Assembly (NCBI GenBank): GCA_051001345.1
Contig: JBPCNK010000093.1
Coordinates: 1 to 49,750, forward strand
Origin: Acidobacteriota bacterium
GTDB taxonomy: Bacteria > Acidobacteriota > UBA6911 > JACQSX01 > JBPCNK01
Length of the DNA stretch: 49,750 nucleotides
Reading direction: 5' to 3'
Position 1 is the first letter of the stretch. Every line of letters begins with the position of its first letter. A program made the position numbers and the translations under genes. Positions 49,401 to 49,750 of the stretch are shown one piece after another. Under the pieces are notes generated by a model. That model made no database searches. It saw only the letters and a program-made list of their open reading frames with translations, and had not been told where the DNA came from.

Positions 49401-49551
49401 GTCCGGCCACCAGTTCGATTTCGAATCCATCGGGAACCTTCGGCAGACGATCCGGAGACTGGCCCGTCAGTCGAGGGCCGGCAAAGTACCACACGGCCAG
49501 TGCCGCCACACAGACAAGTACCAGCATGCCCGCCAGCTTGGAAAGTTTCAT
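46423..49551 (-). CDS. PVC-type heme-binding CxxCH protein (membrane-bound dehydrogenase-like beta-propeller + HEAT repeats + cytochrome c)
   Basis: VPDGFEIELVA, LEDSDGDGRFD, FHPTD, HEAT repeats, CSSCH..GPDL, SVMP. Confidence 0.92.
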   Translation of the reverse strand: MKLSKLAGMLVLVCVAALAVWYFAGPRLTGQSPDRLPKVPDGFEIELVAGPPLVDRPIAADFDELGRLYVADSSGSSVKAQKQLEERTHRIVRLEDSDGDGRFDKSVVFADRMMFPEGTLWFDGSLYVTAPPSIWKLTDTNGDGVADQREEWFQGKTLTNCANDLHGPFLGLDGWIYWCKGAFAEQTHEREGLPPLVTRASHIFRRRPGTSAVETVMTGGMDNPVDIAFTPEGERILTATFVQHPEAGLRDGLIHAIYGGVYGKKHGVIDGHKRTGDLMPVLSHLGPAVPCGLTRYSSDGFGDGYRDNLFVCLFNLHKVTRHVLEPAGSTFKTHDTDFVASDNSDFHPTDVLEDADGSLLVIDTGGWYKICCPSSQLAKPDVLGAIYRIRRKGASGPRDARGLKLNWKAMPADELADLLGDDRSAVYNRAIHQLGKLGQSAVPALSSVLKNSGSIQTRRNALWALTRVEDPAARAAVRTALSDSGAGVRQTAAHSAGVWRDAEALKQLAELLRSGSPAVRRAAAEALGRIGDPRSVPELLAGAAERPDRILEHSLVYALIEIADPVATAAGLQSASSTTQRAALVALDQMDGGGLKPDAVTPLLTSQDETLRQTAWWIVDQHPEWGAALADFFRARVRDAKLSGTERQETAQQMARLAGAAEIQKLLAAMARPTSDRDWQLAALQAMSQASLKVTPAAWTAALAGLVVARDPELAGQAIAAARALRIGPEATGLRASLLQAGRDATRPADLRLRALAALADGIGTVDSQLFDFLCSHAGPSQPLAIRGSAADVLARASLSTTQLLNLTGTLQEAGPLELPKLLACYQKASDRQLGLSLIDALQRSKGRAALRADVVRPRLAGFPADVQKKGEELLEALDLSSAQQRQRLETLLASLQGGDVRRGQAVFNGAKAACSSCHAIGYLGGRLGPDLTKIGQIRTERDLLEAIVFPSISFVRSYEPVVVRTRSGEIHNGVVRKESDDEIIVATGANAEERIPRGDIADLRPSTVSVMPAGMDEQLSRQELADLLAFLKNTRRSAYGE

Positions 49552-49581
49552 GTGCGCGCCCTCTGATTGCCGCTCAATCTA

Positions 49582-49750
49582 GTGTAGTGTCCAACAAATA
49601 ACTGGACTATCCAATCGGCTGCGGCTATCCTGAAGTTGTGTCGAGAACAGCGGCGCTTTCTTTTCAAGAGTCCGACGAGCAGCAGCTTCGTCAATGGGTA
49701 TCTGCTTTCGGAACGCCGCAGCAGGTGGCCCTGCGATGCCGCATCGTCCT
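49582..49750 (+). mobile_element. Left end and transposase start of an IS630-family element (cut by window edge)
   Basis: TA followed by GTGTAGTGTCC; GTG at 49638 reads MSRTAALSFQESDEQQLRQWVSAFGTPQQVALRCRIV, typical of IS630 N-termini. Confidence 0.7.

Noticed and set aside
145-49566. Long antisense/overlapping ORFs (e.g. 145-984, 1991-2758, 14370-15284, 32329-33726, 48070-49566)
   Set aside because: Shadow frames of well-supported genes in GC-rich DNA
37191-49750. Integrative element at tRNA-Ser
   Set aside because: No integrase and no duplicated tRNA 3' end seen in the window
49582-49750. IS630 as the mobiliser of the nonamer elements
   Set aside because: Its left end GTGTAGTGTCC does not resemble CCCGGATTATTCAC; the only link is TA at some junctions

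Overview
GC-rich bacterial chromosomal segment. Gene content and style suggest an Acidobacteriota-like or similar uncultured lineage (inference). From left to right it contains: (1) a cell-envelope region with two ArnT/PMT-like GT-C glycosyltransferases, two large secreted proteins sharing a ~520-aa C-terminal module, wzm-wzt, GT2, two GT4 and VanZ; (2) a Uma2/toxin-antitoxin patch; (3) an AddAB-like helicase-nuclease pair; (4) secreted TPR/thioredoxin and M64-peptidase proteins; (5) alaC, tRNA-Ser(UGA) and several pseudogenes; (6) a swivel-first aconitase-family fusion, DUF47-PiT, BlaI/BlaR1-TonB and a PVC-type CxxCH protein; (7) the start of an IS630 element. The most striking signal is non-coding. 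Almost every intergenic region holds a modular repeat: about 15 non-autonomous hairpin elements with 9-bp-periodic arms (many ending in CCCGGATTATTCAC termini), many different 7-bp tandem arrays used as inverted arms, and REP-like palindromes. Closely related sister copies repeatedly bracket single genes or operons in inverted orientation (wzm-wzt, GT4-GT4-vanZ, addA, cupin gene, antitoxin module). They also mark the breakpoints of truncated toxin and other genes, lie in frame inside AddA and AddB, supply gene starts and stops, and abut -10 boxes. This may reflect an undescribed repeat-based, locally propagating cassette or rearrangement system. No cognate mobilising enzyme is identifiable in the window. 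All family assignments come from motif recognition by eye, not from database searches.
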